Positions 45,447 to 55,327 of a DNA stretch of 64,000 nucleotides are shown piece by piece. The stretch comes from a virus. How positions within the stretch are numbered: the first letter of the stretch is position 1; each line of letters begins with the position of its first letter. The stretch is from positions 64,001 to 128,000 of IMG/VR virus record IMGVR_UViG_3300027917_000021. The stretch is one strand, 5' to 3'. A program made the position numbers and the translations under genes. The notes under the pieces were generated by a model that was given only the letters and a program-made list of their open reading frames with translations, searched no databases and was not told the DNA's origin.

Positions 45447-45980
45447 CAGGTACCCCAATGTTTCCAATGGGCCTGGACTATCCCTTTATGTATCTACCCG
45501 TAATTGGGTTGCGTGTGCAATGATGCTTTTGGTGACAACTTTTACACAATATTTCTAGATTTGATAGATCATTATTTGTTCTGTCTTTGTCTATATGATG
45601 TGTTAATAAGTTATTCACTGAATCACAACGATTGCATTTTTTATCGTAGTGATCAAAAGCTCGTTTACTAAAATTTCTAATTCCATTTTTATACATATGG
45701 TTTGTGGTGCCAAATTGATTACCACCACTACCAACACCAGGCTTAGATATAAATCCATGTTTCACTCTCCAATTGTAAGAGTGAAATGCTGATGAGCATT
45801 TTGTAGAACAAAATTTTCGTTTTCTTTTTGGCAATTCATTGCCACAACGCATACATACCGCTCGTCTAGCCTCTACACTTTCTCTTGCCAAAGAGCTTAG
45901 CTCGGGATTGCCATCACCATTATGTGTTAAGGTTTCCCCGAATTTGGGCGGTTTTATTTCGGCATAATTAGTTTTCATCT
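45447..45980 (-). mobile_element. Group I intron in DNA polymerase motif B (NFG/VAYG)
   Basis: 5' exon ends TTCGGT and pairs with IGS GCCGAA (U.G); core elements AATTCGGGGAA, AATCCCGAGC, GTAGAGGCTA, AAGGGATAGTCC; GAAA-capped P9; terminal G; splicing gives a 611-aa protein. Confidence 0.9.
45478..45978 (-). CDS. Intron-encoded HNH homing endonuclease
   Basis: CMRCG...FCSTKC zinc motif; CNRC...HHIDKDRTNNDLSNLEILCKSCH. Confidence 0.85.
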   Translation of the reverse strand: MKTNYAEIKPPKFGETLTHNGDGNPELSSLARESVEARRAVCMRCGNELPKRKRKFCSTKCSSAFHSYNWRVKHGFISKPGVGSGGNQFGTTNHMYKNGIRNFSKRAFDHYDKKCNRCDSVNNLLTHHIDKDRTNNDLSNLEILCKSCHQKHHCTRNPITGRYIKG

Positions 45981-47306
45981 ACCGAAGTTAATATTTTTTC
46001 CGATTGGTCTTAGATCAGCATTGACATCTTCAGTTGCTACTTTAACAATTCCTTTATCTAAATACTTATCGCCTTTACGGATAACAAGTTTATCTTGAAT
46101 CATTGTAGCAACGTGTCCATGTGCATCCAGTCCCAAATCAAATATCTTTTTGAATTCTGGGTCTTCTGAGAATTCCGCAAGTAATACTAATTCCATGCCA
46201 GCGTAGTCGGCACCTACAATTTTCCATCCTTTTTCTGCAGTGAATGCCGCACGATAATTAGTATCACGTGGAATATTTTGTGCATTTGGCTCGCGACTAG
46301 AGTAACGACCGGAGTCAGTGCCACCTACTTGTACAAATGTAGGATGTATTCTTCCGGTTTTTGGATGTACGTGTTCTTTATAAAAACCTGTGCCGTACGT
46401 TGTTACGCGTTTTTCATATTCCCGATATTTAAGTAATGCCCTTACAGCAGGATGTACAATACGTTCAAGGACCTCTTTGCCAGTCCCAGGAATACTATGC
46501 CCAAGAATTTGTTCTAATAATGGTTTTAATTGTACATGAGAATTATAATTTACAATTGGATCTCCAAATAAATCCTTTTCACAATGTTGCAAAAAATGTT
46601 TATCCAATTCCTGTTTTTTAAGCAAACTTTCTTTTTTGGCAGTTGCTTCTAATGCACTCCATTTTGCAAAATCAAGATGCAGGCCATTAAGTTCCATATC
46701 ACCGGTGACAGAAATTACCTCACATTCTAAATTATATACAGAGTCTAATTTCAAATCAACAATATCAAGGACAAGTACTTTGTGTAATTTATGTAAATAG
46801 GCCACATCATCGGCTGCATATTTTATTTGCTCGTCTGTAAAAGGGCCTTTGTGGTTTTCAAATGTTTGTCTAACTGATTTTGACAAATCAGCTAAATTAT
46901 AATCATGAGTTAAATCATCTAATCCGAAACCTTTCTTTTGTAGTCCGGCCCGAATTAATTGTGCAGCGATCATTGTATCTTTTAGATAAAGAAGTTCTAT
47001 TCCAAGAGACTGCTTTATCATTTTATAATCAAATTTTGCATTATGCAGAATAAAAACTTGTTGTGGATGTTCCATAACAGTTTTAAATTCTGATAATAAT
47101 TCAGGAAATGTTCCTAATGTTTTTTGTACGTCTATAACCGCCTGGTTGCCTTGTTCAGTGCCAAGCTGTATTAATAATAATTTCGAAGTGAATGGGTCTA
47201 GTCCGGTAGTCTCTGTGTCAAGAGCTAGTGGGGCATTATCCAAACGTCTAATTGCTTCCAGCAAATCAGTGAAAGCATCCTTGGTGTCTATAAATAAAAC
47301 GCTCAT
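45981..47306 (-). CDS. polA: DNA polymerase family A, exon 1 (3'-5' exonuclease plus polymerase N-part)
   Basis: LDTETTGLD, HNAKFD, YAADD, GRYSSREPNAQNIP, ADYAGMEL, GKNINFG. Confidence 0.92.
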
Positions 47307-47339
47307 TTATTTTTGGTTGGTTTGGTTATGTTTGATTGT

Positions 47340-47420
47340 GGAGGATTAACAAAAGAAAATGTACAAATATTATGTAAATCTTGTAATAGTTTAAAAGGAA
47401 TAAATTGTGAAGATTATAGA
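47340..47420 (+). pseudogene. HNH endonuclease C-terminal remnant, antisense to the operon
   Basis: Reads GGLTKENVQILCKSCNSLKG. Confidence 0.55.
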
Positions 47421-47433
47421 ATATTATTCCATA

Positions 47434-48216
47434 TTACAAATATTTGTCTAATAAATTACGAGCACGTGGATTACGTCTAATTTTTTTGAGGGATTTTTTC
47501 TTTATTTGTCTGATCCTTTCTCGCGTTAAACCAAGAATGTTTCCTATCTCTTCCAAAGTAAAAGGTCTAAATTCATCCACACCGTGATAATATTTTAAAA
47601 TTTCTATTTCCCTATCGTTTAAATTGTCTAATATTGTTTCTAAATCTATCCTTAAAGATTCTGCTTCGAACCTGTTGTCCGGCGGCAATGCATCTTTATT
47701 TGGAAATAATTCAATCATTGGCTGATCGGTCGAAGTTTCAGAATCAAGTCTTACTGGAAATGCTGAATACATTTCAAGAATTTCATGATCAACCTCGTAC
47801 TCAGAGGGAGACAAGTCTCCCTTTTCTTGCATATCTTGTTCCATCAATTTTCGTGTTTTCTGTATCTCATTAATTTTATTAATTGGAATTCGCACCACAC
47901 GAGTATTTTCGGAAAGAGCTTGGAGAATACTTTGTCGTATCCACCATACGGCATATGTTATAAACTTCATGCCTTTTTCTGGATCAAATCTTTCTGCTGC
48001 TTTGCATATTCCATAATTGCCTTCAGCTATTAATTCTTCCAATGGCAGGCCTTGACCTTGATATCCTTTTGCCACATCTATTACATACCGAAGATTTCTT
48101 ATAATTAATTCATCCTTTGCACGTTTATTTCCACGTACTGCTTTTCGTGCTATTTTTCGCTCTTCTTCGGCTGTAAAAAGCTCTGTTTTTCCGACGTCTT
48201 TTAAATATTTGTCCAC
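47434..48216 (-). CDS. RNA polymerase sigma70-family factor (RpoD-like, lacking region 1.1)
   Basis: NLRYVIDVAK, AAERFD, YAVWWIRQSILQAL, TLEEIG...LTRERIRQI. Confidence 0.92.
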   Translation of the reverse strand: MDKYLKDVGKTELFTAEEERKIARKAVRGNKRAKDELIIRNLRYVIDVAKGYQGQGLPLEELIAEGNYGICKAAERFDPEKGMKFITYAVWWIRQSILQALSENTRVVRIPINKINEIQKTRKLMEQDMQEKGDLSPSEYEVDHEILEMYSAFPVRLDSETSTDQPMIELFPNKDALPPDNRFEAESLRIDLETILDNLNDREIEILKYYHGVDEFRPFTLEEIGNILGLTRERIRQIKKKSLKKIRRNPRARNLLDKYL

Positions 48217-48473
48217 TAAGATTTACTTTCGTAATATTTATCTGCGCGCTCAAAGTATTCATGGTGCGTTCTTATAAGAGTATGTTTCAACATTCCCCAC
48301 AAGAACCTTTGCCAGTGATTGTCAGGATTCCACCCCATGCTAATTATTACAGCATTTTTTATTTTCAAACTATTTTCAGTGTTTTCCATAAAGTCTGGTT
48401 CGCCAGAGTTTAAAGATAAAACGTTGTCAATTTCAATTTCAAATTCAGGAATAGCAGGTTTCTTTTTAGCCAT
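48216..48473 (-). CDS. Hypothetical protein
   Basis: Coupled to the sigma gene. Confidence 0.55.
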   Translation of the reverse strand: MAKKKPAIPEFEIEIDNVLSLNSGEPDFMENTENSLKIKNAVIISMGWNPDNHWQRFLWGMLKHTLIRTHHEYFERADKYYESKS

Positions 48474-48478
48474 AATAA

Positions 48479-48763
48479 TTAACTGGATGGTAGATATAAT
48501 TTTGCAAAATTTTGTAAATTAATCGTATGAGAAGTATTGGCGCCATCAGTGTATGTTATAGTGCCATTGGCATCGTAAGTAGTTATTGTACCTACGCTGG
48601 AAGTACCGTCGGAAGTTCCAGACCAATTGATTTTAAATACATTGCTTGTGTCGGAAGCTACTGACCATTCTCCAATCTGATCAAGCACTTGCTGATTAAA
48701 AATAAATTCGTAAGTAAGTACTTTTTCTTTTACGCCATTCGCTTCTATTATTCTTACTTTCAT
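48479..48763 (-). CDS. Hypothetical protein
   Basis: 94-aa ORF. Confidence 0.55.
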   Translation of the reverse strand: MKVRIIEANGVKEKVLTYEFIFNQQVLDQIGEWSVASDTSNVFKINWSGTSDGTSSVGTITTYDANGTITYTDGANTSHTINLQNFAKLYLPSS

Positions 48764-48811
48764 ATTTCTAAGTGGTTAACGATTTTAATTTAAGAAATAA
48801 AAATACAAAAG

Positions 48812-49195
48812 TCAATTTAATATAGTAATTCCTTTTGGAATATTTTTTGGATTTATTTCTATCGTACTTTTTAATGTATAAAAGGGTTGTCCTATTCTTT
48901 TATCATCAACAAAAAAATCGAATTCGTACACATAAGTAAATGGATATTTAAACAGCATATTGAGTATTTTTGGAATTTGATATCTATCTGTTTTATGTAT
49001 CCATAAATGCATGGTTGCATTTTTTACGTCTATTTTTGTTATTTTTATTTCCTTTACATTTTTCTTTTTTACAAGAAATCCGTAGCGATGTTGCATGTCT
49101 TTTTTCATCATGCGTATAACACCTGTCAGTGTTTTTGGATATTCCGGAGCAGGTTTTGCGGACTGGTTATCCATTAATTTCCATTCTCCCTTCAT
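48812..49195 (-). CDS. Hypothetical protein
   Basis: 127-aa ORF. Confidence 0.55.
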   Translation of the reverse strand: MKGEWKLMDNQSAKPAPEYPKTLTGVIRMMKKDMQHRYGFLVKKKNVKEIKITKIDVKNATMHLWIHKTDRYQIPKILNMLFKYPFTYVYEFDFFVDDKRIGQPFYTLKSTIEINPKNIPKGITILN

Positions 49196-49875
49196 TATAT
49201 AATTAATCCTTTTGGAAGTTGTGTATATATTGTTCCATCCAAATATGGATTTCTTATTAGTTTTCCGCCAATTAAAGCTTGCCTATAATAAAATGGAATG
49301 TTTAAATAATCAGCATAATGATGAATACTTCTTACTATATCAGTACGCATATACTGTCGTTTATCACCAGACACTACTATCCATTCTATCATGTATTTAT
49401 TTGTATATCCGTCGCCCGGACATGTTTGGCAGGGATATGCAGGCTGCCACCCCTTTTCACCATAGTGTACTTTATTATCACATCTAAATAAAGGTGACAA
49501 GTCTATGTTTTTTGTTAGACCATCGAAGAATAACCATCTTTTAACAAATGGAAGATGTTCGATGGACCTTAATAAAACATTAAGGTTAGTATTATTATCT
49601 ATTTTTAATCCTATCCAGGTATTTGGCAAGATACATGTAAGATCTGGCTGAGAACTCGGAATCAAAAAGATGTGTTGTTTTTGTTTATTTATTATTTCAA
49701 CAGCATCTTTTCTCCACATATGAGGAACATCTGGGTCGAAAAAATCAGCCTCCGTACCTACAAATATTCTAATAGGATTTTTATATGTAAAAGGACGAAA
49801 AAAGGTAGTATTAGACGTACGCCGTAATCTACCTTTTTCGTATATCCATGGATTCCAAGTTTTATGATACATCAT
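49195..49875 (-). CDS. DUF5131/Gp37Gp68-like protein, degenerate
   Basis: TWNPW, DFF, NTWIG, IEWIVVSGD, IPFY; lacks the N-terminal Cys cluster. Confidence 0.6.
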   Translation of the reverse strand: MMYHKTWNPWIYEKGRLRRTSNTTFFRPFTYKNPIRIFVGTEADFFDPDVPHMWRKDAVEIINKQKQHIFLIPSSQPDLTCILPNTWIGLKIDNNTNLNVLLRSIEHLPFVKRWLFFDGLTKNIDLSPLFRCDNKVHYGEKGWQPAYPCQTCPGDGYTNKYMIEWIVVSGDKRQYMRTDIVRSIHHYADYLNIPFYYRQALIGGKLIRNPYLDGTIYTQLPKGLII

Positions 49876-51092
49876 GTATTAAAACCCATGCTTTCTGTTT
49901 GTACGTTGAATTTGTTATATTTTTCCAGTTCTACAACTATATAATCGGCTTCTTTGATTGAGATGGTTTGTCTTTCATAATGTGTTATACTTGACATAAC
50001 AAAATCTTCTACAAAAGCCATACTAAATCCTTTTTTAACTAATTTCGGGACATATTCTTCTGTAGTTTTTTCATTTTTAATTTCGAACTGGCGCCTTTTG
50101 AAAAACCCAAGAATTCCGGAAATATCTGGTTTTTTAAATTCGTAAATGCGGTCGAATCTTCCAGGTCTTCCTAATATAGCACTTGACAACTGATCCGTAT
50201 TATTTGTAGTACCAATTATGATTAATCCGTTCGCAAGACGAGAAACACCATCTATAGCTGTTAAAAAATCAGATAAAGTTATTTTTGCATAATCATCATC
50301 GTTTCTTCCTATAACTTTATCCATATCTTCCAAGTAATATATGGATACTGGATTATCTGTTTCGTGTCCTATGGCAAATTTTTCAATGTCGAATGATCTG
50401 TCATCAGCAAAAGGTTGGTCATAATATTCATGTGGCATTTTTATAGTGCCATCTTTTTCTATTCTGGTAATAATATCAACCATTTCTATCCCAAATGCCA
50501 AACCTAACTTTCTCAAAAATAAAGTTTTACCATTTCCTGGAGGACCATGAAATATGTATCCTCTTTTCCAGATCATGCCAAACTTTTCGTATTTTTCTCG
50601 GCTTTTAAGAAATTTCTCGAAGTCAGATAATATAGCATTTTTTAGATTATATGGTAAAATTACATCTTCTAAAATTTGTTTTCCCTTAAGAAATTTTGTT
50701 TCTTGAAGTGATTTTTTATATTTTATGTATATTTTTGACAATTCTTTTATAATATTAAAAGCGTTTTCCTGTGTCATATTTTGCTTTAATATTGATGCTT
50801 TCCATATATAATCTGCACCATCAAAAATTGTATAAAAAATCCCATAGAAACCAAACCCAAGATCAAAAACATATTCTATCGGAGGCTCGTCTGATGAAAA
50901 GTGACCATTTATTTTTAACAAACCTTTATTGCAAGAAGCAATTAAAGGAAAAGTATCAGCAAACATTTGCAATATACCGTTGCCAGAAGAAATTCCAAAT
51001 CCACTATATTTCTTATCTTTATCTGCAAAAAACTTTTCTTCTACAACATTCAGATTAATTATTTCATTGCCTAACTTAAAATAATCATTCAT
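49872..51092 (-). CDS. AAA+ ATPase (classical AAA clade)
   Basis: HGPPGNGKT, YYLEDMD, GTTN, RPGRFDR. Confidence 0.88.
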   Translation of the reverse strand: MNDYFKLGNEIINLNVVEEKFFADKDKKYSGFGISSGNGILQMFADTFPLIASCNKGLLKINGHFSSDEPPIEYVFDLGFGFYGIFYTIFDGADYIWKASILKQNMTQENAFNIIKELSKIYIKYKKSLQETKFLKGKQILEDVILPYNLKNAILSDFEKFLKSREKYEKFGMIWKRGYIFHGPPGNGKTLFLRKLGLAFGIEMVDIITRIEKDGTIKMPHEYYDQPFADDRSFDIEKFAIGHETDNPVSIYYLEDMDKVIGRNDDDYAKITLSDFLTAIDGVSRLANGLIIIGTTNNTDQLSSAILGRPGRFDRIYEFKKPDISGILGFFKRRQFEIKNEKTTEEYVPKLVKKGFSMAFVEDFVMSSITHYERQTISIKEADYIVVELEKYNKFNVQTESMGFNT

Positions 51093-51098
51093 ATTAAA

Positions 51099-51449
51099 TT
51101 ATCCTATTGTTAATTTTAGTATTAGCATTCCAATTAAGCAACCGGACAAATTCCATACAAAAGCATCTTGTAACGAAAATTTATCTGAATAACAAAAGTT
51201 TTCTCTTAACCAATTTAACCAGTATGGCTTACTTTCATCATATTCAAATTCATAATACCATGGGTTAATGCCATCCCACATCTCCCATAAAATTCCAAGC
51301 ATCCATACGGCTAATGCGGCATGCACTACGTTTTTCTCTGGCATTATAAAGTAAAATCCAATTGTTAGAATAAGGCTAGCACAGAAATGAAACCAGTTAT
51401 GCCAGCTTTTATATTTTATATTATTTAAATCATTATTTACTTCAAACAT
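51099..51449 (-). CDS. Small membrane protein
   Basis: Three hydrophobic segments, HF and WE motifs. Confidence 0.6.
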   Translation of the reverse strand: MFEVNNDLNNIKYKSWHNWFHFCASLILTIGFYFIMPEKNVVHAALAVWMLGILWEMWDGINPWYYEFEYDESKPYWLNWLRENFCYSDKFSLQDAFVWNLSGCLIGMLILKLTIG

Positions 51450-51838
51450 TAATATCGACCTGTGCCTTCTATTTGCTCAATCATTCTAATCATTGTGTTT
51501 TCATTTAATGGCTCATCTTTTGCACGGTTTACCAAACGTATAGTATAATCATATGATTTGTGCGCCGCGCTAAATAAACCATTAATATTTATTGGTGGGA
51601 TATTTTTTAATAATTCATTAAAATCTGATCCCATCATTGCATATCGGTGGCCTTGTAAATCTTCAAATATGGTTCTAAAACTTCCTCGTGTTGAATGTAC
51701 TTCTACCAATCTTAAATCTAATTCTACTTCAAAATTTGGAAGCCATTCTTTTGTATTCTTGTCTGAATGTGCCCAATAATAACTTGATAATTTACCATTA
51801 GATTTAAGTATTGGTACTGGAAAATTTCTACTTCTCAT
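51449..51838 (-). CDS. Hypothetical protein
   Basis: 129-aa ORF coupled to its neighbours. Confidence 0.6.
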   Translation of the reverse strand: MRSRNFPVPILKSNGKLSSYYWAHSDKNTKEWLPNFEVELDLRLVEVHSTRGSFRTIFEDLQGHRYAMMGSDFNELLKNIPPININGLFSAAHKSYDYTIRLVNRAKDEPLNENTMIRMIEQIEGTGRY

Positions 51839-51839
51839 A

Positions 51840-52451
51840 TTAAAATCTGGCTATAAATTTAGGTGAATTTTTTTCATTTCTTAAATAATTAATGAAAAGC
51901 TGAGAACCAATTGCAGCAATTATTTTATTTCCTTGCTGAATAATTCCTTTTTCTAGTTCATGTGCTAATTGGCAACTTGTGCCATCTTCTGGTGTTTCAG
52001 CTAATGTTTCTAACATTTTGTCCAGCGTATTTTTTTCGTGTTTAGTAAAAAATGCAACTGAACGCCCTTCCGATCTAAGATCGATCCAATGTTTTTCTGG
52101 ATTTTTTTCTGCCCAATGATATAAAAGTTTCCTGAATTGACTATTATCTACTGCTGCTATAACTATATCATAAGCATCTAACTGAGATTCTTCAGTTAGT
52201 CTATCTACTTCATAGTCAAAATTATATTTCATTCCAAGTACTTCTGATTTTTTATCGCCTAAATCAAATTCTTGGAAATTTTGATATTTGAGATTTTTGG
52301 TATCTACCGTGTCATCATCCCACACAGTTACTTCTATTGAATATGCGCCATATTGTCCGTGTTGTTCAAAATTATATAGCTCTCTACAAAAATAACTGCC
52401 TATGCCACCACCACCTACTACAGCGATCCTACGTCTTTCCACGATTCCCAA
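51840..52451 (-). CDS. ThiF/E1-like adenylyltransferase
   Basis: VVGGGGIGS, DDDTVDTKNL..Q, AVDN...R, WIDLRSEG, candidate catalytic Cys in TSCQ. Confidence 0.88.
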   Translation of the reverse strand: MGIVERRRIAVVGGGGIGSYFCRELYNFEQHGQYGAYSIEVTVWDDDTVDTKNLKYQNFQEFDLGDKKSEVLGMKYNFDYEVDRLTEESQLDAYDIVIAAVDNSQFRKLLYHWAEKNPEKHWIDLRSEGRSVAFFTKHEKNTLDKMLETLAETPEDGTSCQLAHELEKGIIQQGNKIIAAIGSQLFINYLRNEKNSPKFIARF

Positions 52452-52930
52452 ATCCTTTCTTGTCCATCCGGATATACTGCATCCGGCGTAATATTTTCTT
52501 CATTTATAGATATTCTTTTAAAATATGTACCATCCCAATACCAGGCGGCCAGATCATCTGCCGCAACTCCATATATTAAATATACGGTATGCCACGCCGC
52601 ACCAGTTACATCATATTGGCTTGGAACTGGTCTTCCATTTGGATGTGTGTGAAAAGTAGCGGTTAAATGCAATGCAGATTCTTTGTTAAATAAAGTTGTT
52701 CTTTTTAATACTGATAAGTATTGATTAGGATCCATTATATAATCCCATTTAAATTGTGTTTTACTAACATTATTTATTGGATGAAAAAATACTGGCAATG
52801 CTCTGTATTCATTATCTATATGATTTATAATACCGGTTAATAATCCACAACATTCTTCTGGATAGTGTTCTTTGCTATATTGTTGTAATTCATCCAATAA
52901 TTCTGGTCGTATATCAATTTTATGTATCAT
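52418..52930 (-). CDS. JAB/MPN+ metalloprotease
   Basis: PEECCGLL; FHTHPNGRPVPSQYD (HxH-x7-S-x2-D). Confidence 0.9.
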   Translation of the reverse strand: MIHKIDIRPELLDELQQYSKEHYPEECCGLLTGIINHIDNEYRALPVFFHPINNVSKTQFKWDYIMDPNQYLSVLKRTTLFNKESALHLTATFHTHPNGRPVPSQYDVTGAAWHTVYLIYGVAADDLAAWYWDGTYFKRISINEENITPDAVYPDGQERIWESWKDVGSL

Positions 52931-52940
52931 TTTTCCTTAA

Positions 52941-52972
52941 AAAATAAGGGGAGATTTCTCTCCCCTTATTTT
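52941..52972 (-). terminator. Intrinsic terminator between the Ubl and JAB genes
   Basis: Perfect 14-bp stem aaaataaggggaga-tttc-tctccccttatttt. Confidence 0.8.
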
Positions 52973-53213
52973 AGTTTCCGCCTGCCAAGGCATTAGTTAA
53001 GATAATATCTTCGGCTAAATCAAGATCTCTTGTTGTAAGCATTTCTGGATTTTTAAAATCACCATCTATATATAGCCATTTTGCCTCATCTTTGACCAGA
53101 GTACGAATATTATTTAATGCTGTTAGATGGTCAAGCTGATATTCGTCGTCACCATTTGGAGAGACTACTCTAAAATGGATGTTTTCTTTTTCGAATTTTT
53201 CTGTTTTTTGCAT
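52971..53213 (-). CDS. Ubiquitin-like (beta-grasp) protein ending ...LAGG-N
   Basis: 80 aa; WLYIDG, IILTNALAGGN; adjacent to JAB and E1. Confidence 0.75.
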   Translation of the reverse strand: MQKTEKFEKENIHFRVVSPNGDDEYQLDHLTALNNIRTLVKDEAKWLYIDGDFKNPEMLTTRDLDLAEDIILTNALAGGN

Positions 53214-53214
53214 T

Positions 53215-55269
53215 TTAATTTATGTTTGAATACAGTGTACTAATTTGTTTAGCCAATAATTGATCATTGACCAGGGCGTAAATTCTATTAACGAATTTGT
53301 CAACGCCAACTTGTTGATTTGGTGTTTTATCAACTATGCAAACATACTGCATATCTGGGTATGTATATACACCACAATCACTAGTATGCTTGTTATTTTC
53401 ATAGGATACGAAGTATGTTTTTATTTTTCCTGGAACAATGTATCCAGATTTTCTTCCGCCTTTTAAATCTAGCGTGGTTTTTTCTAATTTAAATTTTTCT
53501 ATCGTATTTTCCAGCAATTGCTTTGATTTTTCAATTGCATCGGTATACGCTTTACGTGCCAAAATTACTAATTCTTGTAGATCTTCTGGAGTAATTCCTT
53601 CTATATTTTCAGGATTTAATAATACATCGATTATATCATCTAAATACTCTTTATTTGGTAGATTGACTATTCGTGGAGTATTTTTTATTAAAAATGCTTT
53701 ATTTCCAATCTTCAAATGCTGGCGTTTATTTTTTCTTACCAATTCCAATTTCATTAGAATTGATTCACCTTTTAATGGATTTTTTACTTGTATGTCAATT
53801 CCTGTATCAAGTAGTCCGTGGATCTTTAATGAGCATGTACTTACTTGCTTAAGAAAGGTATTGTATGTTGCTACGTTTTCAAAACAAGCAGTTCTTCGTA
53901 ATATTGGTTCAAACTCATCTCGATTTACACGAATTTTATTTATATAATATACCGCGTAGGGTGCACCAGTTTTATTTGTTCCACGTTTTTGATGTAATAC
54001 AATATTGATATCTCCGATTCTTGCGGATATGTCTTTATTATATTCATGCATGGTATTGCCTATTAATTCAGATATAAACATTTCAAAAGCACGATCATAG
54101 TTTATGTCATCTAGATCATGATATCTGTGCATTTTTGTTAATAATTCTTTAATGTCTACATTTGGACTTTCTAGAACTTGTCCAGCATATTCTATTTTAT
54201 TTCCGCTAAATACTGTTTCATTTAACTTCAATGGATCTTTATCAATATTCTTTATACGGGTGTTGATTTTTATAGCCACCTGTTCTTTTTTTAACTTGTT
54301 ATCACGATCCATCGCCTGTTTTATCATGTATTTTTTGTTTGCTTTATCAATCATGTCTTGATTAAAAACAAACACTTGATCTTTTTTACGGCCTATATAG
54401 TATTCAAGTGGATCAAAGCTTTTGGGAATAGATTTTACACTATTGTCAAATTGTATCTTTCCAGGAATATGGTCTTCAAATTGTGCAGCAAAAGTTCCTT
54501 CATCAACATAATTATAAGCAGGATTCTCATGAGGAATATCATAAGCACACCATTGTAAATCATCGTATGATCTGCCATAACCATAATGATATTGTCGCTT
54601 TGCCCCAAATTTAATTACTACCGCAAGACGTCTATTATTATCAATATCTTTTACACGAAAGAAATTATGTATTTGCCACGAGAAATCTTTAAATTTACTA
54701 TTTAAAGCATCTATTTTTTTAGAAACAAAACCAGTTGTATCGATATCAGTATCATATAACCAATTTAGATGTTGTACGAATCCCTTTACTTTTTCAATAT
54801 CAGTATAAATATGTGGATTTATTGTGCCATACCCTGTATTTGAGAGGGTATCGTGCGTACGAATATAATCAATAATGGCATATTTGTAATCATCCATATT
54901 ATCGAAAATACCTCTGGGCTTTGCCCATACTCGCATATTCAATTTTATATAGTTTATGGCTTTTATGTCTGTTATAGTTGGAACAAAACTAAACCTGGTT
55001 TCTGCAGTTTCAAACCAACGTCCGTTATCATCTTCTTTTCCGCATCGTTCTTGTAATCCAACCACTTTATCATCATTTCCATAAGGTGGTTTTGATAAAC
55101 GAGTTTTTAAAATATATTTTTGCTGAAAAATGCAGTATGCAAATTCATTTTCTAATTTATTAGTTTTGTGTTTTTTGTATACGTCTTCTGCTTCTTTAAA
55201 TATTTCATCGGGTATATTTAAGTCTAGCAGTTTGTTAGAAATTTTTAAGTTACGAAAATTTGTTCTCAT
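53215..55269 (-). CDS. Large hypothetical protein directly upstream of the Ubl
   Basis: 684 aa; C-terminal GKIKTY...YVCIVD...RIYALVND. Confidence 0.7.
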   Translation of the reverse strand: MRTNFRNLKISNKLLDLNIPDEIFKEAEDVYKKHKTNKLENEFAYCIFQQKYILKTRLSKPPYGNDDKVVGLQERCGKEDDNGRWFETAETRFSFVPTITDIKAINYIKLNMRVWAKPRGIFDNMDDYKYAIIDYIRTHDTLSNTGYGTINPHIYTDIEKVKGFVQHLNWLYDTDIDTTGFVSKKIDALNSKFKDFSWQIHNFFRVKDIDNNRRLAVVIKFGAKRQYHYGYGRSYDDLQWCAYDIPHENPAYNYVDEGTFAAQFEDHIPGKIQFDNSVKSIPKSFDPLEYYIGRKKDQVFVFNQDMIDKANKKYMIKQAMDRDNKLKKEQVAIKINTRIKNIDKDPLKLNETVFSGNKIEYAGQVLESPNVDIKELLTKMHRYHDLDDINYDRAFEMFISELIGNTMHEYNKDISARIGDINIVLHQKRGTNKTGAPYAVYYINKIRVNRDEFEPILRRTACFENVATYNTFLKQVSTCSLKIHGLLDTGIDIQVKNPLKGESILMKLELVRKNKRQHLKIGNKAFLIKNTPRIVNLPNKEYLDDIIDVLLNPENIEGITPEDLQELVILARKAYTDAIEKSKQLLENTIEKFKLEKTTLDLKGGRKSGYIVPGKIKTYFVSYENNKHTSDCGVYTYPDMQYVCIVDKTPNQQVGVDKFVNRIYALVNDQLLAKQISTLYSNIN

Positions 55270-55327
55270 ATATTATTCTAATTTATCTGTTATTGTCCAA
55301 AATGAAAAAACCTGACATAAATCAGGT

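Noticed and set aside
45447-45467. METLGYL start of ORF 44937..45467
   Set aside because: This is intron P9 sequence; the coding part is exon 2 from 45446.
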